Source: Eledone cirrhosa
Lineage: Eukaryota
NCBI GenBank assembly: GCA_964016885.1
Contig: OZ024748.1
Location: forward strand, 49,352,001 to 49,416,000
DNA length: 64,000 nucleotides
Reading direction: 5' to 3'
The first letter of the stretch is position 1, and each line of letters begins with the position of its first letter. The notes below the pieces were generated by a model. The model ran no database searches, was not told the DNA's origin, and worked only from the letters and a program-made list of their open reading frames with translations. A program made the translations under genes and the position numbers. Positions 23,402 through 36,800 of the stretch are shown one piece after another.

Positions 23402-26400
23402 GCACACTAGTTTTTTTAAGAGTCCACCAGATAATGGAATGGGGGACTCTTTCAAAAGCTTTCTCCAGGTCCACAAAAGCCAAGTAGAGCAGTTTACCTT
23501 TAGCTAGGTACTTCTCTTGCAGTTGCCTCACGAGGAAGAGGGCATTTGTGGTACTTTTACCTGGCACAAATCCAAACTGCATCTCATCAAAGTCAACTTG
23601 ATCCTTAATCAACTGTGCTATAACTCTTTCTGTGACCTTCATAACTTGGTCAATCAATTTAATGCCTCCAAAATTTTCTCTATCTAGAGCATCTCCTTTG
23701 ATCAAGTAGCAGTTGATGATGCTGCTGCTATACCAATCATTGGATATGACTCCATTTTGTACTACATGGTTTACAATATGGGTGATTATAGTGTGACCCA
23801 CCATTCCAGATGCTTTCAGCATCTCAGCAACTATCCCCTGAATGTACAGCTACCTTGCCAGTCTTCATATCCTTGATTGCCTTACTTACTATACTGCTGC
23901 TGTACAGCCAGTCCCTCTGTTGGGTCAACTTGGGACACACTATCTTCATCCCATTCATTCTCCTCATTTAGTAGTCTTTCATAGTGGCACTTCCAAGCTA
24001 CCTTCTTATCAGTGTCAATGAGGGCAAGTAGACCATTATCATCTTGCACACACTTCTCCCCACCAACATCACATGCCTTTGATCCTCATGCAGCAAAACA
24101 TACTTAAATTATTTATTTTCTGCTTCCCTTGTTGCCTAGCTTCTCTCCTGCTATTTTGGGAGACTTCTCTACTTCCTCCATTTTGCCATTCTTTCCATGC
24201 CAGTCTTTTGGCCTTAATCCTCTCATTTACCCTACTATTCCACCATCAAGTCACTATCCTTCTCCCTAGAGACTTACTCCAACCACAGATTTCATTTATA
24301 GGCTATTTTTCAGGACCTCCCGCTGCTCCTCTGTATCCTTTATCTCTATTTTGTCGAAAGTGTCAATCAACATATTTCTAGATTTGTTACTGGTTGATGG
24401 GTCTTTTCATCATCATCATCATCATCATCGTTTAACGTCCGTGTTCCATGCTTGCATGGGTTTGGACGGGAGTTTTCCCACTTGAGGCAAGAGTGGTTGT
24501 CTTGCTCGCATAGGACTGTCTGGCGGGTTTTCTACAGTTGGATGCCCTTCCTAACACCAACCACATTTACAGTGTGGGGCTGGGAGGTTTTTACCGTGTT
24601 GCCTACACGGCCACATTACAGCGTGGACTGTCTGGCAGGTTTTCTACAGCTGGATGCCCTTCCTAACACCAACCACATTTACAGTGTGGGGCTGGGAGGT
24701 TTTTACCGTGTTACCTACACGGCCACATTTACAGCGTGGACTGTGTGTTTTTTTTTCGTGACACCTACACGATCTCATTTGTTTCGGCCTGGATTTTGTG
24801 GCACCAACATAACTTTACACTGAAAGGGGCGGTGTGGATGGGGTGGGGGTGGTGGGACGGAGGTGTATTTTGTTAGAGATGCCTACTGGCTGTAGTAGGT
24901 TTTACTTTGTATTTAGGTAAGGCGGGTCTTCTCTGTTACTGAGTACCGCCAAAGGTCTCGGTCCAGTGACATTGTCTTGGAGAGGTGTAAGTGTGTGAGG
25001 TCGGAATTTATCAGCTCGTCCTAGGTTTTTCTGGGTCTGCCTACTCCGTGGCTACCGTCTATCTTTATTGCCCTGCACTTTGTTATACAGCTGTCGTCTT
25101 TCATGCGCATCACGTGACCATACCAACGGAGCCTTCTCTCGAGTAAACAACATTTATCTTTTATCTTCCATATTTTTCTGTTCCAGGTTGTCTTCTGTTG
25201 CCAAGTTCTTCTAGCCCTAACTATAAGGTCACTAACTACAAAATGATGTTGGGAGGTACATTCTTCACCAGGGAGGGACTTTGTGTTCACAACAGTCCCT
25301 CTGTCATGTCTTCTGGTAAGAATGAAATCTATCTGGCTGATGTGTCCACCTGATCTATAGGTAACTAAGTGGTTGTCTCATTTTTTTTTAAATGGCTGAT
25401 ACACACATACATATATATATATCATCATCATCAACATTTTTTTGCCCGTCTTTTCATGCTTGTATATACATATATCATTTTTTCTCAAAAAAATGTTTTT
25501 CCATTCTTTCCTTTTCTCATTCTTTGTCTTTCTATTTCATCTTTTAATTCTCATTCTATCTTCTAATGAAGGATTAGTGTCTGAAACGTAAAGATACTTT
25601 TCCTACTATATCAAGCATTAAACTAATATATTTCCTCACCGAACGAATTGTGTTTCTGTTTACTTGTTGCATATATTTATATACAAGGGTCGACTGAAAA
25701 GTTTATAGGCTGACCAAGATACTCTCATGGAATGTAACTAAATAAGGTTTATTTTTCTAAATTTTCTCTGAGACTAAAGGGCAGTGCCCCTGACTGTTTT
25801 CAGGACCTCTGAGACTGGTTTAGAGAGTAGGAGAAAGCAAGGTATTTTCAAATTGAAAACCTGATTGAAATGCTAACAACAGAATGAACTCTGCTAAAAA
25901 TACCTAAGGGCCAGGTGGTGGTGTTAAACTGAACATTAGATTAAGCCTACCACCTTAGTAGGCTACAGTGAGATTTTGAACTCAAAACACAAAAAAATAC
26001 TGAACAAGTACTGCAAGGTACTTTATCAAATGTTATAACAATTCCGTCAATCCATCATCACCCTAGACTGATACTTATTCTATCAAGCCTGACCTGAAGA
26101 GATGAATGAAAGGCATGGTTGACTGTGACAGGATTTGAACTCAGAACCCAGACAGCTGGAACAAATATTACAGCTCAGCATTTTGTTCTACTCTCTAACA
26201 ACTCTGCCAATTCATCACTTGATTATCTGGCTTGGTAAATACCCCACCACCATTGAACAAAGAGTAACTTACCATGGCCATCACGTCAGAGAGTATTAGG
26301 ACATTCAAGAAGAAGATACTTTTCGATGTGTTGGTGCTGATGCTAACTGTTTCCAGAGCACATATCACAATGAAGAATGGCAGCACAACCTGAAGAGAGA

Positions 26401-27031
26401 GAGAGAAGAATCTAAAACAGTTCTTTACTTTTAGATGATAGCTAGTAGGCATTGTTGCAGTCTATCATCAGTTATTGGATCAGGTGTGTAGCCTACTGGT
26501 TAGGGTGTTGGACTTACAATTATAATGTCATGAGCTTGATTCCTGGACTGGGTTGTGTATTGTGTTCTTGAGCAAAACACTTCATTTCACACTGCTCCAG
26601 TATACTCAACTGAAAATGAGTTCCAGCAGTAGCTGGGAGTTAAACCCTGTGATGGACTGGCATCCTGTCCAAGAGAGTCTTATAATTTCAGTCACTTAAT
26701 TCCAAAGAAACCAGGATAAGGGTTAAACTGGATGATGGATTAAGCCTACTGATTCACTTGATTAAAAATCCCATATTCCCCCACACTCTACAGAAATGGT
26801 CTCATGTTTATCATCATTGTTTTTCTACTCACTTTTCCATGCTGACATGGGTTGGACAAGATGTTTTGAGACAATGTTTTATAGTTAGATGTCTTTCCTG
26901 ATGCCAACCCTTTTAGTAACTTCATACAACACACAGGCATATAGTGTACGTACTCTAAACCAGATAAAAACAACAGTATATATCATGCTGGGATACAGCA
27001 TACCTATTCTAAACCAGATACACACTGTGGC

Positions 27032-27093
<62 letters not shown>

Positions 27094-29157
27094 TAGTCAC
27101 TTCATATACATCCTGGGATACAGAGTACCTCTTCTAAAAACCAGGATACATACAGCATATGTGAAAACAATAGCCCCAAGTCATTGAATATTTATCTCAC
27201 CTTCATCAGTAATAGGGCTCCCATGGAGAAAGGGTTGAACACTGTGAGGAAACAATAAACAGAAGCTGGATCAAAGCTGAAAGAAAATGATGTGAGCAGT
27301 TTAAATATATTTTAGAAGATTTAAGATAAATTTCATGTAGATATAACTTTAGATTTTAAATTACTGTGAAACAAAGGAAGTATAAACACACTTTTTACTT
27401 TTCACTACGTACATAGAAAACTTCAAGACATTATCTTTATGAGTTACAGAGATTAACCTGTTGACTGCGGTGTATATTTTACACAGCTACAGTTGCAGTG
27501 GCAGATTTTTTTTTCCAGTAAAATGACTATTTTTTAAAACAAACATTTATTAAAAACACATATCTGAATGGTTGACAAATGTCACATCAATTAACTAGTA
27601 ACCCCATCTAGCTTTGAAGTTATGAACTGTTGGAAAAGAGTTTAAAGATGTTAGGATGAGTTATCGCGTCTTCAGCATTGAAGAGATTCATTTCTCCTTA
27701 CAAGAAGATATCTACTCTCATGATTCTGCCTAGAGTGGGACTTTTACAGTATTGCTGTAACATATCAAGCAGGGTGTAAAATATAACTGACAAGGCCACT
27801 AAGTTGTATGGTGTTTATTTCTTTGGCAATGTAATTCATTAAATGATATTTATGTTAGAATGCATTCTTCAGGGCACAGACGAGGGACGGCAAAGAAGAG
27901 GCAGACAAAGAAAATTCTGGTTTGACAACATCAAAGACTGGACTGGTTAAAACACAGAGACCCTTCTACAGAAACCAGGATAAGCACTGGTCTGATGAGT
28001 GTCTGGGCTCGAGACAGACTTTAGGCCTCATCCCATTTTCCCCATTTTTCTTTCATTTTGTCAGTATGATATAACTAATGTTTTTGAATTAGAAGACCTT
28101 GCTATGAATATATGGTCAACAACACACAGGAGCTATTTAAAGGAGCAATATATGGTCAACAACACACAGGAGCTATTTAAAGGAGCATTGTGGGCAATAA
28201 GTTCACCTGTTTATGCTGGCAATGTTACCTGTTCCAAAAAATGCAGCAAACAGAAAAAATATCTGAAATAATTAAGGAACAATATAGTTGCAGTGTGTAT
28301 TTGGGTGAAAATAGGTAGACTATTGTATGAAGTGACTTATATATAAATATGGAGGCACATGGCTTAGTGGTTAGAGCATTGGCTTTGCAATCGAAAGGTT
28401 GTGAGTTCAATTCTCAGACTGAGTGATGTGTTGTTTCCTTGAGCAAGACACTTTATTTCACATTGCTCCAGTTTACTCAGCTGTAGAAATGAGATGATAG
28501 GGACTGGGGTCCATATCATTCTACTGCAAAGTGGTCGTGGAGGTGCCATGGCAAAAAAGCACCCAGCACTCACTTTAAATGAGGTTGATGTTAGGAAGGG
28601 CATCCAGCTGTAGAAATCAAGCCAAAATCAGTTCCCGTCCACCCTTGCAAGCAGGGAAAAAGCGGACGTAAAATGAAATGATGATGATATATATATATAT
28701 ATATATAATAGGATAGGAATCGATTTGCTAGATTCCAGACTTCAATGCATCACCTGGTCTGGGAATTGAACTCACAACCTCATGATTGTGAATCCAATTC
28801 TCTAACCACTAACCTATATTTTTATATATTTATCTGGTCTAAACCCATGCTAGCGTGGAAGATAGATGTTAAACAATGATGATGATATACTGATGTGTGA
28901 ATCTAGTTTATAACAAGTAGACTGCATCCCAGTGAGTTGTATAAATTGACTAATATATATATAACACTAATTAGTTTAGTATTTCTGAGGAAGATGACTA
29001 ATTGAACAGAAATTTCAAGACTAGTAATAGGTAGTAACCTAACCACTACCATGCTAATCAACACGTTGACCTCCATCGTTCAATTGACCCTCTGAAATGA
29101 TTGTAAAACAATGAACTAACTCTCTACCTACACCTGACTTCTGTTTTTATTGTTCAA

Positions 29158-29190
<33 letters not shown>

Positions 29191-30820
29191 GACTGCTGTG
29201 GGTACATTGTCATCATCATCGATTATGTCCCACGCTACCATGAGTTAGATGGGTCCTGTTGGGTCGGGTGAACGTGTCTCACTTATGTAAGGGTGTTTCT
29301 GGCTGCTTTTCTATGGTGCCTGGTTTAGAATTGGTACACCATAGTCCAGCATGTGGTATAAAGTGTCTAAAAGGGTTGGTGTCAGGAAGGACATCCAGCA
29401 GTAAAACATGCCCCCCCCCCCCACCCCAGAAGGACCCCACGATGAGTATGAAACCTGTCAAGAGACCCTGTAAGGCTAAACCCTGCTTTATTAGAGAAAA
29501 ATGACATTGAAATGCTTGTTGTTGTATATGAAACATCTAGAGCTAATTGGAAAAAAAAAGGATACAAAAAAATAGGCACGTCGGATGTCTTCTTTTGAAA
29601 GTCGAAGATAATTTTGGTTTCTCTGCAATTCAGATCCAAATTCTAATGTTTTCAGCTGAAAGAATAAACAAAGTTATTTCAGAAAAACAAAAAAAGATTT
29701 TGAAAAGAGTAAAATTAGCTGTTCAAGTTGAATCCATCCTGAGAGGAGTGACCACCAATATGACTGAGACACAAGTCATTTACTGCAGACAAAAGGTGTA
29801 TTAAATAGCATACCCATAAATGGGAGGGTGGGGTGAGGTTGCAGTCATGTGACTGTGTTTTTTCTGACGTGCAGATGTTTTAAGTGATGTCTAGGATGTT
29901 CCATTATGTAGTAAGAATGGATGTGATAAATATGACAATTGAATGAGGAGGATTACATGTTCAACCCTGAGCAAAATATGTGTCTAGAAAATGTTTTGAA
30001 TTCAAACATATCTCAGATAACTTGTCTTACAATACGAAACCTAATATTTAGTTTTCAAAGATAGTTCATGTAATACAAGACTATAGAGTAGCTATATCTA
30101 GTTTTATAGTATTCTGTAGTATGTGCTGTGTATATCTTCTTTTTGCTTTGATTATTCTATTCTTGCTCATCCCAAGCAAGGCAATAAAGTCACGAAAATG
30201 CAAGGAGTTACTGAGAAGGACAAGACAGAGAGAACATAACTGTATATACCTTATATACTTGAATATAAGCTGAGGAATATATGACCCAAAAAATCGATGG
30301 TAAAATGGGGGATCAGCTTATATTCACCATCTAAACATTATGTGTTGATTAGCTACCTTGGTTTATAAATGGGGTTTTGATTTTTGCCCATTTCTCAGAC
30401 ATAAAACAGGGTTTTGGCTTATATTCGACTATATACGATATGTATATAAATATATATATATATACACTCGCCCAAGTAAGGCAGTAAAGCCACTAAAATG
30501 CAAAGAGTTACTGAGAAGGGAGAAGGACAAGACAGAGAGAACATAATTCAAGGAGAGAAACGATGGCAATTAATGTTGCTTTTGAATTTTTGAAAATTGT
30601 AGAGGTTTGGAAATCAAGAAGCTGGAAGAGAATTCTATAGGTAAGATGTGCAAGAGAAGAAACTATCAGAATAGAATTTTTAGTGCAATTTAAGAATTTC
30701 AACTGTAAATGGATGAGACTTAGCTGCCAATTTGGTGTTCTGTTTAAACTCATGAATATGAAGCAACAAAGAGCAAAGCAGATCAGAAGAATTCCCATGA
30801 AAATATTTGTGTGTGTTTGT

Positions 30821-30882
<62 letters not shown>

Positions 30883-33800
30883 TTAAATCCCATAAGTTAG
30901 CAGTTCAACAAAATAGTGATCAATAAAATAAGCAGCAGACTTGAAAAAAAAAAAGTGTTGGTTGGCAATATGATTGACACCAGTAAAAGGAAAATAAAAA
31001 AGAATATTTGAAGCAATACTTACCTCGTCGGGGTGGAAGTGTACTGAAGGGGTAGCAATACTTTCAAGCCACACCCAGAAGAAAAGGGAGCAACAAAATG
31101 AAATAATGAAAAGACATTCATGACTGAATGAGTTAGTTAAGGAGTGTTTATTATTACAGTTCTGTTTGAGGGCAGTGGATTGGCAGAATTGGTAGAGCTT
31201 CGGACTATATGCTTTGCAGCATAGAGTTATGGCCCTCTACGTTCTGAGTTCCAATCCAGCCTTTCGTCCTTACAAGGCCAATAAAAAAAAAGGTACCAGT
31301 AACACACCGGGGTTGATTTAATTGACCCCCCCCCCCCCAAATTGTTGACCTTGTACCTAAATCAGAAACCATAGGGCGGTGAATTGGCAGTATCAGTAAA
31401 GCTTTGGACAACATGCTTTGCAGCATAGAGTTATGGCCCTTTATGTTCTGAGTTCAAATCCCGCTGAGATTAGTTTAACCTTTCATCCTTACGGGGTTGA
31501 TAAAATAAAGTAGAAGTAATGAACTTTCCCTTCCTCCCAAATTGGTGGCTTTGTGCCTAATTCAGAAACCATTACATAAACTACCCATTTAAAAATGTTT
31601 ATACTTACATTAAAAACATCCATCATAATTTTATTTAAGATAATTTTCATCAATTTACTCATGAAAATTATTTTATTAAATTTCTCTATTTAAAAAAAAT
31701 TATTTTCAAAAATAATTGAAACAATTAGGCAATTAGAAGTAGGTTAACAAAAAGGTTAAGTTATGTAACTATGCCAACTTGATAATGAAACAATAATTTT
31801 TAGTAAATCCCTCCAAATTCTTCAATAATTAATTAGAAATAAAATGCAGGGTATTTCATTACAGTAGGCAGAAAGTTGCAATGGGGTGAGTGGACAACAG
31901 GAGGATCTTCAGAGAAATAATTCCCATCAAGCAAGTATTTTGGCCGTTGGTTTCTTTTAACACTCTAAGGGAGCCAGACTCACTGAGGTCATGACTCCTA
32001 GGTGTCCTCCTGCTGTTTTTTCTCGTCCAGCAAGTGATCTTATTTCAAATTCTTATGGTTTACAAGAACACCTGCTGGAGAAAAAAAAACAGTCACAGAA
32101 TAACTGATAAGTTTCAAAAAGCCGGTAGAATGCAGTAGAAATATATAAAGGGCAAATGATGACAAATAAAATAAAACAAAGTGATGTTTTACCCAGTATA
32201 TTTCAACATGATATTTCAGGGCTATTACCCTCTTTTCAAATGTGAAATGGAAATGGTTCAAAACAAATATGAATGATCGACATGTTCTTCCTTAACTGGT
32301 CTATGTGTCACAAATGGATTAATTTAAATACAAACAAAACAAAGAAGTTAAATGTAAAGGATACGATGTACTCATCAATGTATATAATGTGTAGAAGGAA
32401 AGGAGAAGAGAGTGAAGACGTTCAGTAACAAGTAGACTGCTGAAGAGAGGTAAGATAAATGTTGAACCTTTGAAAGACATAGAAACATGATGAAGAATTA
32501 ATAGGGTGAAATGGAAACTTGGTAATTGTTGTTCTAAACAAAACAATGAAACATATCTTATATGAATTCACTGCTAAATTATCTTGTATTGCTAACTATA
32601 GCAGATAGAGCTGGTGCCATGATAAAAAAGCACCTAGTCCACCCGGTAAAGTGATAGTGCTGGTTCATGACAAAAGCACCCGGTTCACCAAATAAAGTGG
32701 TAGTTTTGGTGCCATGACAAAAAGCATCCAGTCTACTCCGTAAGGTGGTAATGCTGGTGCCATGACACAAAGCACATAGTCTATTCTGTAAGGTGGTAGC
32801 TTTATGCCACAATAAAATCATTTAGTCTACCCTGTAAGGTGGTAGTGCTAGTACACACTTTAAAGTGGTTGGCATTAGGAAGGGCATCTAGCCATAGAAA
32901 CCAAGCCCAAAACAGATCTGTATGAGCAAGACGTGGTCACCTGACCAGTTTAGTCTCATAACATAACAACCCATCTAACCCATGCAAGCATTATAAATAC
33001 AAATATACAAGACACTTTATTTCACGTTGTCCCAGTTTACTCAGCTGTAGAAATGAGGTGATAGGGACTGGGGTCCATATCATACCACTGCAAAGTGGTC
33101 GTGGAGGTGCCACGGCAAAAAAGCACCCAGCACTCACTGTAAATGAGGTTGGTGTTAGGAAGGGCATCCAGCTGTAGAAATCAAGCCAGCATCAGTTCCC
33201 GTCCCACCCTTGCAAGCAGGGAAAAAGCGGACGTAAAATGAAATGAAATGATACATCTATCTTACACAATGCTTAGAATTAACTACAGGGAAGATCACAT
33301 TAGAGTACCTTAAAATAAAGGAAACCATATGCGTATTTTCCCAGAAGCAACATTAACTATTATCTCTTAGCTGCAGCTTTCAGACTAAAAAGCCAAGAGA
33401 AATCCTCTATCTCATTTAAAAGAGATAGGAAATCTTTGCCAGAAAACTTATCTGGTCTTATCTGTTGTTTATTAATTTGTCTGTTGTTCAAAAAGACAAG
33501 TTGATTTCACACTGCAAGAAAAACAAATGTAAGTGGATAAACAGTTTTTAATGAAAGTTGGTTGATTTTCTTCAAATACTTTTGAATTTATATATGTGTG
33601 TGTGTGTGTGTGTGCATGCACGCGCGTGTGTGTTTATGTAATATTATTTATTTATATGCTTGGACGATTGAACACTGGTTTCCTTTTCATATTCACTGAT
33701 TTTTTACTACATATATATAATAGTAGAATACTGAAGGGTTATATCTGTAGTAGTAGAACACTCAGTCCATGGGGGAGAATCTGGAGCTTTGAGATTCTGT

Positions 33801-36800
33801 AAAAGGTGTTCCCAGACGTGTGCACAACCTGAAAAAAGTTCATTCCTTGAATTTAGGCAATCGTTATTATGTAATCTTCTCAGGATATTGATCCTTTCTT
33901 CAATGCACAGTCCACAAGACAGATTTCCTTTTGCATATTGCTTGGACCTTTCCATTGGATGGAGTAGTCTATGCCCGAGTCTTTGAGGCACCATACGTGG
34001 CTCGTAAGTTTCGTGGTATCTAAAGGTCGACTGATAGTTCAGGAAGCGTTCCTTAAACTGGCCCTCCACCATACCCACATAGGATTTAACCTCTTGTTGT
34101 TGATTTGGTCGGTTGGAAGTGACCACAGCTTCGTAAATTACAGCAGGGGGTGTTGTATTATTGTTGAAGGGGACCAGTTTCAGGCTTTCGGCAAGAGCAT
34201 TCTGGTGGGGTGTTACTTTTAGGGCTGTTGGTGCTGTGGGCCTTCATATCCTTAGCACAAGAGTATCCTAGTTTCACCCTGTGTCTGGGAAAGATGGAGC
34301 GGTATTTGTAATTTATGGGAAAGTGTCTATCTAAGAGAACTAAAAAATTTTTTCCTACATTAGTTTTAACATTGTGTGAGAAGGGGGGAGAGAACCAGAT
34401 TGTTTTTCTATTAGCACGATTTCTTTTCTTATATATAAATCGAACAAAAACAGCCCTAAAACAAACAAAAAATAGAAATATGTATAAACACATCATTTTT
34501 GTTACCTAATAACATCCAACTTATATATTGGTTAATCTGTGGTAAGCCTTGGTTTACTTCTAAACTATGAGCTGTTGACATCACAATATAGACAGCTAAT
34601 CCAATTAAAGAGACCTTTAATAGAAATACAAAATATGACATCGTTAATTTAATGTTTAATGAGTAGTTGAAATAAGTTGATTATTTTAAAACTCTTCTTT
34701 CAATAGCAACCCGCATGACCCCGCATTACCCCACATGACCCCACATGAACCCACATGAAACTGCCTCTGGTTCTATGACACAAAGCTGCTTGTTTCAAAA
34801 AGTTCATATTTACATTAAAACTTTCCTTCATTACTTTATAATTTTATGTTAGAATTTTTTGTTTAGTTATATTTCAAAATGACCACCTTAATAATAAGAA
34901 AGTATTGGACTGGCAGAATTGGTAGAGTATCAGATAAAATACCATTGTGGTATTTGTCCTGGTTCTTTGCATTCTGATTATTTACAAATTTTTGATTATA
35001 TTCAGAATAAATTGAAACAGATTGGCAGTGTATTTAATTAGAAATAGGGTAAGAAATAGGTTAAAAAAATATTCAAGTGTAGTTTTAAGATGTTTGAATT
35101 ACAGGTATAGTCCATTTGATGGGCTTCCAAACAGTTTCTGTCTACCTAATTTCACTCACACGGCTTGAGTTGATCTGTGGCTATGGGTAAATGACACATG
35201 CCCAAGATGTCATCCAGTGGGATCAAACCCAAAACAAACCTCTTCACCATTAAGCCATGCTGCATCCACAACTCACTGCTATAAATATCATTTTAATTAC
35301 AATTAATAGTTACCTGAAAAAGTCCAAATTTTTTGGTTCTTATCAAAAACTCTCTTGGAAACATTCTATAAAACATATGAGAGGATTTAGTTAAAATATA
35401 GACATGAAGATATTGATGATGGTGATAGACATGACAACATATTTAATTTAAAAATATACATTAGAGAGAAACAGTAACTAAATCTAATGTTTTTAGTTGA
35501 TTCTGTAAAGTGGTAGTGCTAGTGGCATGATAAAATATACCCAGTACACTCTGTAAAGTGGTTGTGCTGGTGTCACGATATAATACAGCCAGTACACACT
35601 GTAAAGTGGTAGTGCTAGTGCCACAATATAATACACCCAGTACACTCTGTAAAGTGGTAGTGCTAGTGCCACAATATAATACACCCAGTACACTCTGTAA
35701 AGTGGTAGTGCTAGTGCCTCAATAAAATACACCCAGTACACTCTGTAAATGGTTGTACTGGTGTTATGATATAATACACCCACTACACTCTGTATGTGGT
35801 TGTGTTGGTCACAATAAAAAACACCCAGTACACTCTGTAAAGTGGTTGTGCTGGTGTCATGATAAAATACACCCAGTACACTCTGTAAATGGTTGTGTTG
35901 GTGTCATCATAAAATACACCCAGAACACTCTGTAAGTGATAGTGCTAGTGTTACGATAAAATACACCCAGTACACTCTGTAAAGTGGTAGTGTTGGTGTC
36001 ATGAGAAAATGCCCCTAGTACACTCTGTAAAGTGGTAGTGTTGGTGTCACGATGAAATGCCCCAAAGGGTCAATAAAATAAAGTACCAGTAACATACTGG
36101 ATTCAATTTAATCAACTTTTCATTTCCTCTAAATAGTTGGCCTTGTGCCACACCATGCTTTGCAGCATAGAGTTATGGCCCTTTACGTTCTGAGTTCAAA
36201 TTCTGCTGAGGTTAGCTTTGCCTTTCATCCTTATGAGGTCGATAAAATAAAGCACCAGTAACGTACTGGGGTCGATTTAATTGAATTTCCCCTCCACCCA
36301 AATTACTGGTCTTGTGCCTATAGTAGAAATCATTATTTCATCCATTTATATATTGAAAACAAATAACAGAAAGGTTTTACTTACTTATGTAGAGTAAAGA
36401 GTGCCAAGGAAATAGCCACAACACCAGCAGCTATTCTGAAATATTAGAATTAAAGGCAATATTTTGAACAACTGTTCTTAGTAATATTGATATTTTACAA
36501 GACTGTAATTCGACATGCAGAGAATTTATGGAAATTTTAGTAAGTTAGAACAGCGGCTGCCAATCTTTCAAACACCATGGACCACTAAATTCATAATTTT
36601 AAATTATGCAGACCACTAATATGAATTAGTGGTCAATGGTCGAAACCTTACTGAAGCGTACGTGTGTCAAATTGTCGATAGATGATACATATGTGTCAAA
36701 TTCTATCATGGATGTTAGTTCTTTACCGAGGAGAAACATTTTTAGGGGTGTTATAAAATATATTTTAACCAAATATTATTTTTGTTTTATTATTAATTGT

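Noticed and set aside
33740-34430. Selenocysteine-encoding Naiad element
   Set aside because: The visible interruption is TAA plus frameshifts; no in-frame TGA seen at Cys positions.
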